DNA of 64,000 nucleotides from Trichoplax adhaerens (taxonomy: Eukaryota > Animalia > Placozoa), in NCBI RefSeq assembly GCF_000150275.1, contig NW_002060943.1, positions 3,616,008 through 3,680,007 on the forward strand, read 5' to 3'. Shown one piece after another: positions 11,563 to 24,258 of this stretch (its first letter is position 1; every line of letters starts with the position of its first letter). The translations under genes were made by a program, and so were the position numbers. Below the pieces are notes generated by a model, which was given only the letters and a program-made list of their open reading frames with translations, was not told the DNA's origin and did no database searches.

Positions 11563-12669
11563 TTTCCGTTTCATATGAAATCAAACATAGTTTACGTTGG
11601 TAGCCTTGCTGGTCATTTAGTGAATTAATGACTTCTATATTTGTTTATGAAATGTTCTACATAATTTTTATATTGAAATTTTGATAATATTACAGTATCG
11701 GGCAATCGAATCTAATGCTATTAATTGATAGAATGATATGCTATTTTGATTGATTAGTTATGACAGAGCTGCACTTTTTATGTAACAAAAGTAAATAATC
11801 TTAGCCTTGAAGTTCATATAAATTTTCATTCTATTCTATAGAAAGGAAACTTTTTATTAATCGTCAGTAGGACATACTATCATATTGCAATCTACTAATT
11901 ATAACAGAAATAGAATAATTTTATGAAGAAGTTGTCAATTTTTATTCCAACATTTATCAATTCCTACTTGCATTCAGTTTGCAATGAATGTTGCTTGCTG
12001 GTAGTATATACACTGCTGCGATTTACTAATGAAGGAAGCAGATCGTTTCATGGAAAAACAATCAGAATCTTTGCTCTAATATTTATGTAAATTTCCAATT
12101 GGATTTGATTTAATTGATCAAGAAAAGCGAAGAATCTTTGTTCTAAATTTTATAATATTTAAAATTGTATCTATTGAAATTCATATAATTTATTGTCGAC
12201 ATAAGTGCTGAAGAATGCTATTTATGATGGAACTTATTTACGATGTCAATATAAAATAATTACTCGAATACTCTCGAAGATTTTAACAGTTTGGTCTCTC
12301 TATTCGATTACAATTACTACTGCCTATCGTCAGCGCGATCCCCTCAATGCAATTAGTAATTATGATAGAAAGAGATTATTTTATTGGGCGATTGAATAAA
12401 CAAAGTCATATTTCTAATATCAGTAAAAAAATCTAGACCAATTTGGCCTTTCACGGAATAATTGCAAAACGAATAGGCGGAAAATCTGTCATTATTTAGC
12501 CGTAATATTTCGAAATTAATATTGTACAGTGAGAGCTTTTAAGTAGTAAAGAGGATAACTAAATGTAGTAATTGCAATTAGATACCTGGGGATGCTATTA
12601 AATACGCATAATTAGTACAAATTTTATGTGGGATACAATCTCAAGGTCAGTTTGGAATATCACAAACAT

Positions 12670-13128
12670 TATAAGCTTAATTAGAGTTTCAGTTGGCATT
12701 AATAAATATTGAACTTATAGATGTAAAACTATCAATTTCCTATTTGGATAACTTAAAATTAATATTATAGACCTGCTACCAGATCAGTTCTGGTATAAAG
12801 GAAATTAGGATAGTTATCTTATAACCTTAATTAGAATTTTCTATCGGCATTAATGAATATTGATTGAACTGATATAAAACTGACAATTTTTTGTCTGAAT
12901 AACTCAAATTAACATTATGGACTTGTTGTTAGCATTTTTCAGTATAAGAGAAATTAGGATAGCCATATCATACGCTTAATTAGAGTTTGCCGTTGATATT
13001 AACGAATTCTGGACTTCAGGATATCAAACTATCAATTTTCTATTTGGATAGCCCCAAATAAATGTTATGGACTTGCTGTTAGCTTTTTCAAGTATAAAGG
13101 AAACTAGAATAGCTATCTCATAAGCTTT
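12670..13128 (+). repeat. ~150-bp tandem repeat, 3 copies
   Basis: Units begin ttataagcttaattagagttt (12670), ttataaccttaattagaattt (12819) and catacgcttaattagagttt (12969), and end gtataa.g.aa.tag.atag..atc. Confidence 0.85.
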
Positions 13129-16100
13129 GAGCCAGAAAATGAGTGAATACTAAGTTAGTTAAGATAGAACTCAATAATATAAATTGGTCCAATAGGTTTA
13201 ATTGATTACGCTAAAATAGACATTTAGAAGTTTAAAAGACGATATAGCAGTTGAAATCGTGTATTAACTTTTCTATAACTATAGGAGACAGCGCTTTTAT
13301 AGACATAGTAAGATATGTTAGTCTACATTTAAAGTAGATCTACATTTTTGAGTTGTAGGCATCCTTCTAGAATAATTTATTGTCATCCTATTCAGCTAGC
13401 GCTGAGCCTATGCTTTGTTGTTGTGCAATCGATTTCTAATTGAGCTTACAATTTATGTTTCGAGCCTACATAAATTTTTTAACTATAAGCTAAGCTTAGA
13501 TCTTTAAAAGTGTCTAAGGCTAAATAACAATCTATATTAATCGTTGAGCACATGCTTTGAGTTCAAACTACCAAGAATTTTTCTATTTAGCTGGCAATTC
13601 AGCTTCGATTTTTTGTTTTGAATCTAAACAATATTCCATGTATTATTCTTCGTAAAGATTATGTAAGGGCTTAAGCCTACATGAACATTTCCAAATTGCT
13701 ATCATTAAAATCTTAATTTTACGTCTTGAGTCAACATAATATTTTATGTCTTGCTGGAAAAACGCCTCTTATTACTGACTTAAAGAGGCGAGATTCGCTA
13801 TATCACCAAATAATTCAGTTCCAACGACCGAATACTAAAGTATAATTAAAACGTCTCTGATAGTGTTAACGAGGTAGTCAGAGATTTATTACTATTTATT
13901 ACTGAAGAAATCTTGACAACAAAGATATATAGCCTTGACAATTCAATAGCAATTGACAAACTAGTTGACTAACTAGCCGACTAACTAACTAAGACGTGGT
14001 CTTCATCTTGTTGACTAAAATTCCACCTTGTATCTTTAGTTTTATCGTTACTTGAGCTTACACTTGTCTTTTAAGCCTGCATACAGTCATGTATTTTAAT
14101 TGAGCGTACATTTGAATTCCTTTGCCCTATAGCATTTTATATTTAATTACTGAAGAAGCCAGTAGTTTTCGTCGTCTTAAATCTCTATTCAAATTTATGT
14201 TTTAGCTAGCAGAGGCTGAGAGAACACTTGATGTCTGAAGCCGGTATAATATGATATATTTTTATACCGCTAGCGTTTCGCCTTGTAATAATCAATTTTT
14301 TTATTCAGATCGTCGTCGGATTTACACTTTGTCTATTTTGGCTAGCCGATCTCGCATACCTAGCTGTATTTCGTGTTTCTTTGATAACCTCATGGTCATA
14401 TTCTTGTTATAGATCAAACTTCTTCAGTCAGAGGTTAGCTGATCTTTGGCTATCGTGAGTGAATAAGCCAGATGACTAATACCGGTAATAAATTATATTT
14501 ACGTCATACGACCTTTAACACGCTATTTACAGAATATGAATAAATAAATAAACTATTTTCCTGGCGTTTTATTTTATATTTAAAGTTATGACGTGATTCA
14601 CATCAAACTGTCAAAACTATTTTGTTTTTAGAATAGGTAGCACCTACTTTTGCTAATAGTTAGATTAGCTTTTGACTAGTCGAAGTTTCAAATAATGAAC
14701 CAGTTATCCTTCTAAATGCTTAGTAACTCTCTCCTAGTTGCGATCTAAAAATAATATTTATCGTTTGTTGCTATCTTTCGTTTAATTTTTACCCTTAAGT
14801 CAATTGCCTTGTCACTGTTTAGAGCATTTTTGAATTTAATTTACATTTTATTACGCGTAAATCTGAATAAATGTGAATCATTGCTACACTAAGTATTAAT
14901 ATTGAATTTTCTGGATATAAGAGTTTTTACATCAAAGCTACTGTACGCGTATCGATAAAATCCTCTTCAATCGAAGCTAATATTATTTATGCAATAAAAA
15001 AATTGATGCTCTTTTGCAGAAGTAACGGCATTTTACAGTTACAAGTTTGATGAAAATGAGTAGCTTCAATAGCAAAATTAGTTTAATTCTGCCCTAAATT
15101 ACTAATTTTTAGTTAGGATAATACAATTCTGTAGCAGAACTGTTCTTTATGGGCAAGATCAATTTTAATTTATGATAATAATTAAAACTGTTGGTATACA
15201 ATTTTCTAATTTAAAATCGACGTAGCTGTTGGGATTGTTTAAAGCTTAATTAAATTCATAAGCTGTTAATTACGTAGAAAACCTGGCCAATAGTAGTTAT
15301 AGAATATTCATTAATTCCTTGCCAATGAAAATTACTGCTAACCAATATAGTAGAGCAAAGGCGTTGTCGCCGTGCGTAAGCATAATATTATTATGTATAG
15401 CTATAATCTAAGTCTGTATAATTTACGCTAATGAGTCAATCGAACTATTCTAAAATTCCAGTATTCTATTTTAAAAAGCTGTTATGTGTTCAAGAAAGTT
15501 GTAACGATAATCCTAGACTGTGGTATTTGAAAGGCACTAGATCTTCAACAATGGCAGAATTAATAAGCTTACTAGGCGGGTATATCTGTGTTTATCTACC
15601 TTTAATTAATGATCAAGAGGAGGACACAATGCTACCACTGTTATAATTTTATCCTATTTGATATAAGTAGTACTGGTAACTATGCTTAATTAGGCTTAAT
15701 CGCAATAATCGTGGAAATTCCTAACGTTGGATAAACTCAGCTGGATTCCACATAATATTTCACATTTTTAAGTTCCTGAAGTAGCATGCTGATGGGATTT
15801 CGTGTTATTGCGGTAGAAAATCAAGACGGAATTCCTCGCGATGTACTGAGCAAAGTGCACTAATTTATTTTTGTTTTTCTCATAATCTATTATGTACAAC
15901 CTAATTGGATAAGTTACTATTGCACAGCAATCTAGTAACAGTAGGGAATAATTTAATGTTAATCATCGTCATTGATTTAAGGCAGAACCATATTGATTAT
16001 CGTGAACATTAAAAGTTACATCACTAGGCAAAAAACAGACAAAGATATTTCGAATTTTCCTACTTAGCTAGACATCGGTTGTATAGTCAACGAAAATTTA

Positions 16101-16258
16101 GGTAAGATAGATGGTATCATATTGGAGAGCTAATGAATAATTTTAACTAATAATAAAATTATTCGTTATACCTTGAAAACTTCAGCTTAGTAATCAATTT
16201 TTCTAATTTTCTAACTTGATCTTTTGCTAAGTTGCCAACTAAAAAGAGAACTCACAAA

Positions 16259-19200
16259 ATGAAGACATTTTTAATTTTGAATCTAATATTGACATTAGCG
16301 TTTGTCGCCAACGGCATCCGGTTCAATGGTAATAATTTTAATTCAATTTTTTATCTTAGGCCAATTGTTACACCAAAGTACTGCTATTACTGGTCAAATA
16401 ATTGCATCAATAAGATATTTGCTTCATTTTATAGTTTTTAATTCAAAATTTTGATATGAACTACTGTACTATTAGGCAGATAGAATCAAAATTTAATTAT
16501 AAACAATAAGGATGAAACAGTCCATTAACAGCTTATGAGATCGTAGAACATTCTATATTCAAAATTGGTCCAGGCAGTATTTCGTAAATTGACAGCAAAA
16601 TTTTATTACTGGATGAATTAGGATAGCTTTGTTAAGGAATGGTCAAATACACTCCACGTTGCAAATTGCAATACGCTAATATGTTGCCTAAAACTAGGAA
16701 AAGTAATCCAACTATCTATCTATTTTTATAATTTCGATATTAATCCTGCTTTTTAATGGATTTGTAACAGTAGCTATGAGAAATTTACAAAACAGGTCAG
16801 CTTACAGATTCGGAACGTGGAAATAATCTTTCGCTAAACTGCTAAGATCACACTTAGAGAAATAATAAAACAAATGCATAGTCATTTTAGTAATTTACGA
16901 GGCCTTACAGGACTATACTATCGAATTAACAGATTATTCAAGGCTTTAATTTACTAAATTGCTAGTAAATTTAATGTTAGTTCAAGAACTGAATAAATAC
17001 ATTCGATGCCATAAATATTAATGTGTTAACATAACAAAGTTTATTAACTATTGTAATTTTAGATATTAATCGAGCTTAAATATCTAGATCAGTAGGTATA
17101 ACTATGAGAAATGGGATAAATATTATAACTAACAGATTTAGAATATGGATCTTATATTAACTTGGTCGAATCGTATTTAGTAGTAGCACTATAACAATTA
17201 AACAGAATCCTTAACATGATGGGAGGTATTACACAACTATATAGATTTAATTCGAGCAAAAATTCAGGAAAGGAAAAATTAATTAAATTAAATTTTTCTC
17301 TCTTCAATTACTGGCAAAACTTCATTGCTGGATGAAAAAAGCAGAATAGCTTTGGTAGTCCCCGAATATCAACATACATCACTGCTTAATATTACTGTAG
17401 AAAAAAAAATTGAATTATTTATCAATTTTTTCTGAATAAATCCAGCTTAATACGTCAATAGACGAAATATGTAATTCAAATTTACTCAATATAAAGGTTT
17501 ACTAACATGAAATGTGGGATGATCTTGTTCTAAACTAAAAGAATTGATATTGTAATCTAGAGCGATAAAAAAATCTTTATTACTCTTAGGAGATGTTCTA
17601 AGTCTTTTAAAGAAATTAGTTGTGACAGTCATTTACTAACAACTTCCATATTACATTAAGCAAATGCGTAGTAGCTTTATTACGTAATTACATAAACAAA
17701 TAATTATAATCTTATACGCAATTATTGCTGAGAAATCTTATATCTTGGATATTAGTTTAGCTTAATCATTAAGACTAAAATCTTTTAAACTTTCAAGTAA
17801 CTAGTAGCAATATATTAAATAGGTGATACGCCTTGGTTAATGTTTGTTTGTATATTGACTACAGCGAGAAATTCATATTGCTAATTTCAGATTTGTTAAC
17901 TATTTGATGCAACAGTATATACTGTTTAATCTCTCATTAATGCAATATGTAGAAGATGCTCTTTAAAGTATATCGGAAAATGCCGCATGCATGTTTTCGT
18001 TAAACTAAATCATATAAATTATTGCTATTTATTATTTAATACCAAGAAATACTCTAAAAAACTCTTCAACACCTCTTATTATTATAGTTTCGAAGCAAGT
18101 CTATAAATGGGGCTATGGAGATTACATCGGTTAGTATTATATCTTTGTTATTAGATTTAATTACCTCCGAATATTTTGTTAAGGGTTAATCATTGCAATA
18201 TTCTTCCAAGCCTAGTAAATTATTCCTAATATATATAAATAATGCAGAGCTCATAAATGTAATGATCATAAAACTTCTATTTCTATAATAAATACCATGG
18301 ACGGACCCTTACTACTAAATCATTATCTTACATTCTTATTTCATACTTAATCACAATTGATCATTTTTCGTCATAATGTGATATAATATTGCCCTTCCAA
18401 GATAAAAATACTTTAAGAAGTCATAATATACTTATAAATAAGAAATCAGTTTATATAAATGTATGTAAAGGACATAGGATAAATTAATCTGGAAAAAATT
18501 ATATGAAGGATGGCTTCCTCATACGTTTGATGTTTTCCAATATATGCATATACTGCAGCTTTACGAAATATTGATAGCGAAGCAGTAATAAGAAAGGGCT
18601 ATAGATCTATTTTAAGTATAATTGTAGACGGTTGTTTAATTCCTTAACTTAGGAGATATTTGAGCTATGTGTTTTGCTAAATAATATAGTTTAGTTACGA
18701 TAGACCTATAAAATAAATAAACTAGTTCATTAAGACTACATAAGTAGTATTAAAGTATACCAGCTGCAATAAGATAAATTAATTCATCAAGGCTCTTTAG
18801 CATTTAGAGCAGTCAATGAATAAAATATCTTAGTTTTATTTTTTGGAGATACAATAGCAGATTAGTAATAAATAAGGTATAACTTATAAATGGATTAATA
18901 AACAATCTCAATCAAAGGTGGATCTATAATTGTAAAATCGAGCGATATTGCTATCAATATACATTTTGCTACTTAAAACTTTATTTTCTATCCATTTTCA
19001 AGTATAAAATGGCTAGCATAGAATTATCACAATAATAGATTCGATATCATATTATAGGTCCAAATAAATGGGGTTTGTACTATCCATATTGCAATGGCCT
19101 TCGTCAGTCACCTATCAACATCATTTACAAGACAGTTCAACATAATCAGAGATTACAGCCCTTGAAACTATCCAATTTTGATAGAATAATTCATGGAAAT

Positions 19201-21410
19201 TGTACCATACGCAATAATGGCAAAAGTATTGATATTTTTATCCCTCAAACAGGCAATGTTCCGACATTGCAAGATTATCGAGGTGAAATTTATCAGAGCG
19301 CTGGTTTTCATTTTCATTGGGGTTCTACTAATAGCCAAGGATCGGAAACGTGGCTAAATAATAGGCAATATCCTCTCGAGGTTAAACTATTGCTTGCATG
19401 AACTAAATTACTATTACATTTATAATCAGCAAGGATTAAATTTTTCGATCTTATTGAATTAGTAGGTTGTTCATCTTCATTGAATTGATTGCTAATATAA
19501 ATACATTTCAATATTACTAATACAGGCCCACGTAGTGTTTTGGAATACCAGATTTGGAGATTTGCAGACTGCATTGTATGAAAGTGATGGTTTAGCAGTC
19601 ATTGGAACTTTGATTAATGCAAGTGTAACTATTAAATAACATTAAGAATTAAGATAATTCATGGAAGAAATATTGTTGTTGATTAAAATATTGTAATATA
19701 GCATTAAAATCGACAATAACTGAGAGGCATTAAGAATTAGCTAAAGGAAAGTGTATAAAAATGCTTTGAATTTAATTAAATGATGATTTATCAAAAGCAT
19801 AGGGTACCTCACAGTATGACCTCTAAATTCAGCTAATCATTTTATATTGCAGAAAGCTTATTAGTATAAAAAGGGGTAGAAATCCAATCATATACTCCAA
19901 TTCCTAAGATCTAAGCTCATTTACTGCAGATCTGCTACTTTATGTAAGAGCATTATAAGTCCAAAGAAATCTGGTCGATTTATAGCAATGGCCAAATATG
20001 ATTATAATCTCTTGTTGAGTTCCTCATTAATAGTATTAGATATCAGTTAGCGGATGTTACAATTCTCACGTTAGTAAATGATCAATTTAGTGAAATCTTT
20101 TGAAACCCTAGGGATGTAAAAACAATAGAAATCCAATATAAACGACATCTTTTATTTTTTAAAGATTTAAATTCATCGACTAAAAGTTCTCTTATCTATA
20201 TCATTGATGTAAATAGTAAGAAAATTTTATTAAAATCATAAGAAATGAAAGTAAAATTTTATAATCCTGTATCGTATGCCTTAGTAAATGAATGGTTTTC
20301 AGTTCATAGAACTAAAATAGCTCACAAATCATCTACATAACCGGCTCGTATTTAAGTTCTACCATAATAAAAATGAAATGTATAATTCAATACTATAATT
20401 TTCAAAAGTTTGAAAACCCTTGCGCTAAAAGTATATTACTAATTTTGTTGCCTTAATATCTTAAAACAGCCAAACGAAACGCAAATAACAATTAGTTTAT
20501 ATCCATTAGATTGGAAAACATAATCCCAGCTTTGATCTAGTGATAGAAAGTATCCAAAAAGTCAAATACAACGGTAAGGAATATGGATACTACTAAGTGA
20601 ATTTTTGAATAATTGTCTTGATAAATACTGTCTGATATTAGAGATTTCAACAGATAGTTTAAAAAATAACGGGGTCTGGCCTATTCAATGGCGTTAATAC
20701 TCGTCTATAATACGATATATATGATTTACTATCATTTTATATTTCCTCGATATTCTAAACAAAATTTGTATATCTTAAAGGACAAAAACAAAATATTAAA
20801 AATTTCAGTTTACGATCCTTTGTTGCGGAATCTCTATCTGAATATTTCTTATTTAATGGTTCATTAACCACACCTCCATGCACTGAGAATGTCTTGTGGC
20901 ATGTTATGGCTGGAAAAATTAGCATATCGCAAGATCAGGTAACTAATCAAAGGCGTTTAAAGTTTAATTTATTAAGGAAATAGCGTCTCCTTATAGCCAA
21001 TGGCTGTTAGATTAGAAATCGAAAGTTAAAGTGAGGATGTGATTTTCAATCGTTACGGCAGTGTATGATTAAAATTGCCTTTAAATATAACCTAGTTTTA
21101 TAATATAAAAATATACTAAGTTCAAACAATCTATAGTTAACTTATATTCATCAATATTCTTAATTATTTTCCTCCCTAATTCTAGCTAAATGCATTCCGA
21201 AACGTTTATACAACGAATAGCTCTGTTGGTGTCAACTCTGTGAAACTTTTAGAAAATTTTAGACCACTTCAAAAACTTAATAATCGTGCTGTCTATTCAA
21301 GCTTTGATATTAGTAAACTTACTGGTGCATCAGCAGGTCTTTATAGATCTTGGCTATTTATCTTCATATCGACAATATTGATGTTTCTAACCATTGACGT
21401 GATGTTATAG
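16259..21410 (+). CDS. Alpha-carbonic anhydrase CA-A, secreted, probable GPI-anchor signal
   Basis: Exons 16259-16328 (signal peptide MKTFLILNLILTLAFVANG), 18088-18129 (WGYG), 19058-19380 (GPNKW, C..RQSPINI, GFHFHWG, GSET, YPLE), 19526-19618 (AHVV, DGLAVIG; GC donor), 20510-20573, 20781-20938 ([14 protein letters not shown]), 21186-21410 (ENFRPLQKLNNR, then TGASAG and a hydrophobic end). All three Zn-ligand histidines are present. Confidence 0.9.
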
Positions 21411-22344
21411 TGAATTAATGGGGAGGTTTCAAGTACAAATAATGGATCGATTTCTAGTATTACAATAAATATATTAAATTTTCTATAATTGACTTTCTTT
21501 TAAATCAGTAATACCTATTAGTTTAGAATAGATGATCATTGTTGTAATAGTCTATGGTACAAATGTAAACGATACTATTACATTCAGTTGGGTATTTTAT
21601 TTGTCATCAGAATCATATACAAATATTGGTTTAAAAGGTCTTGCGTGTTTTCTTGTAACATTCTTGTTTTCTTATATGATTTGAGAATACAATAATACTA
21701 ATAAACTAATATACTGATATTAAAATATGCTAATGTAAGATTATAATCATACAAATCTGATAAGAAATACTACATGCTAGAATAAGAGTTTGCACTACTC
21801 GATTTATTGCTCACAAGTTCATTTAGGATTATAAAATAATTTTAATTTAAAGGAAAGCCTAATTAAGCTGAAGTAGAAATTGAACTCGAATTTATTGAAG
21901 TTATTATTCATACTTACTCTAGTACTCTAGTAGTAGTCTCTTAATAAATAATCACCCAATAATAGCGGATAAGAACAGTTTATTGCTTAGTAACTATTAT
22001 TGAATATTACTATAACAAACTTAGATAACGAAATCTATGCGGTACACAGCTATATCTCAGACCAAATCCCTTCGTAAAGCTATATCTACCGTCTCTAAAT
22101 TATCCACTATTAGCACTTGACTATTTCAATAACTAGAAATGGTATCTTTGATACCACTAGTCTGCGATAGTCTAGTACTGCCATTTTAATATTTATCATC
22201 GGAGGTCTTACATTAAAACCTATTTTCCTAAAAGTATGTATGCAAAGAAATATAGGTAAAAAAACTTTCGATTATCTTACTATATATCATATTTGTCGCG
22301 TAAAGTGCTGTGATAATCATAAGTTTCATAACTAAATGAGCAGG

Positions 22345-24258
22345 CTAAACATTGTTAGTAAACATAGTCGATGCAAATACGGCCAATAATATAGTCCAAA
22401 TGGTCCAGCGTGAATATAAGCCTAATGCAGCACCCACAGTTCCGGTAGTCAGTTGATTAAGTTTAAAACTTGTTAGAATAGTTCTGCCATTTAACTGCTG
22501 AGTTGGAAAATTTTTTCCAATAAGAACAGAATTTTGCCGAGATAACCGTACTATTGGTCGAATATAATTTTCGAAATTCCTCCTGCTAGATACATACATG
22601 AAAGAAAACTCAGATCAGCTGTTCGTGTTACACTATAACAATATTACATTTATTTAATCGATAAAGAAGCGATACAAATAATAAAGGGTATATTTAGAAT
22701 GATCAAGAAAGTTGTTCTATATCAGGATAGCTAGTAAGGCAATCCATAACATATAGAAATTCTCGCCTGAGCCTGTGATAATTCCAACGTGTGGGCCATA
22801 ACATGCCAGGCAACATTTTCAGTACATAGTGGTGTAGTTAGAGATCCATTAAATGCAAAGCTTGCAGCATTTTGATTAATGATGGAACGAATCTTTAGAC
22901 CGCTAAACGGATATGATTGTGCTAATAGTTAGCAAGCAAGGATAAAGTAAACTTTAGATAGGTGAGGATAAGTTTAAATTTAGATGCAAGCAATGATAAA
23001 ATAAAAATTACGGTCAGAAATTGGAAGTATCGATAATATTCTTCGGTAATGATACATTTAGCCGCACAGAAAACCTGCATACAATTGCATAAGAAGTAAT
23101 AGAAATACCTCGATGTTTGATATACTTTAGATTATCAATAATTGGGTTCAGTGCGTAGCCATATTTTCCAACCTGAATGACGAAGCCAGTAAAGGGAATT
23201 AAAAGTAAATCAGCACAGTACTCATAGTTTGATATAATTCTACTTGATTAAATGCATCCTTATTATTGAATATGCATTTAATTTTTAGCATTACTGGAGT
23301 TAATTACGGCTATGGCTATGATGAGCTACCTTTTTTAGCTGAGAATATTAAAATGGCTGCATTAATTACCGTAACTTACTTGGTATAAATTAGAAAGTCC
23401 ATCAGAGCTATTGGCAGCTTCAAGAAATTCATTGTAGCGGGTGTTTGCGAAGACTATATGCTCCTAAATTTTGAATATAAAAAAATGTATTCAGAAAATG
23501 TTTAAGTTATAACTTTCTTGACAAGATCAATTTTTCAAGTTGGTTATGGTATAGCTAGCATCAAATATTATTAATAACCGTTAAGCATGTCAATCTGAGA
23601 AATTCTAACCTCTAGAGGATATTGCAAGTTATTTAAAAATGTTTCTGATCCAACATTATTATCTGGCCCCTAATGGTAATGAAATTGTACCAATCGGTAT
23701 CTACGTTTAGTTAACGGGGAATAGATGGTAGGAGTTGTATTGCTTCTGATATTTACATGTGCGGTGTGTCCGTTATTCAATAACAGCAAAGTTTGATTAG
23801 TCGTTTCTTCGAAACCAAGCAAATCCAGAGCAAGTCCTTGGATGTATTGAATGTCAGAGTAGGCAATGTTGATAGGCAATTGAAGATGTCCCTTGCATGT
23901 TTGAAAACACTGACCCCAAGTTTTAGGGCCTAGATTTTACAATGATAAAGAAGTTAAGAGAGTAGACCATAGCCTCATATATTTTTAATGCATGATACTA
24001 ATCAGTAGTTATCGACTATTTGCCGGCCATATTTATCATTATCGGATGACTTAAAAAATATGATGTTTATGTCAATGAGTTAATGCAAACTTCATTTAGC
24101 AAGACATATATGGGCTCTTAATTGAATATATTGCGGACATATTTGAGATATCTTTATTTTAGTCATCAAAGACATCATTTCAATAGTTAAGAATAAGATA
24201 ATATGTTTTATCATTTTACCTATGACTGCATAGTCCTAGGGACATATATTGTGGACAC
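22345..24258 (-). pseudogene. Alpha-carbonic anhydrase pseudogene CA-B, disabled duplicate of CA-C
   Basis: Exon remnants 24258-24220, 23929-23610, 23463-23380, 23172-23109, 22921-22767, 22585-22345. Lesions versus CA-C: TGG>TAG in QFHYH*G (23670-23672), QSP>QLP, 9-nt deletion in DGLAVL, exon-6 donor GT>GC, frameshift near 22540, loss of Arg in NFRP, and no signal-peptide exon. Confidence 0.88.
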
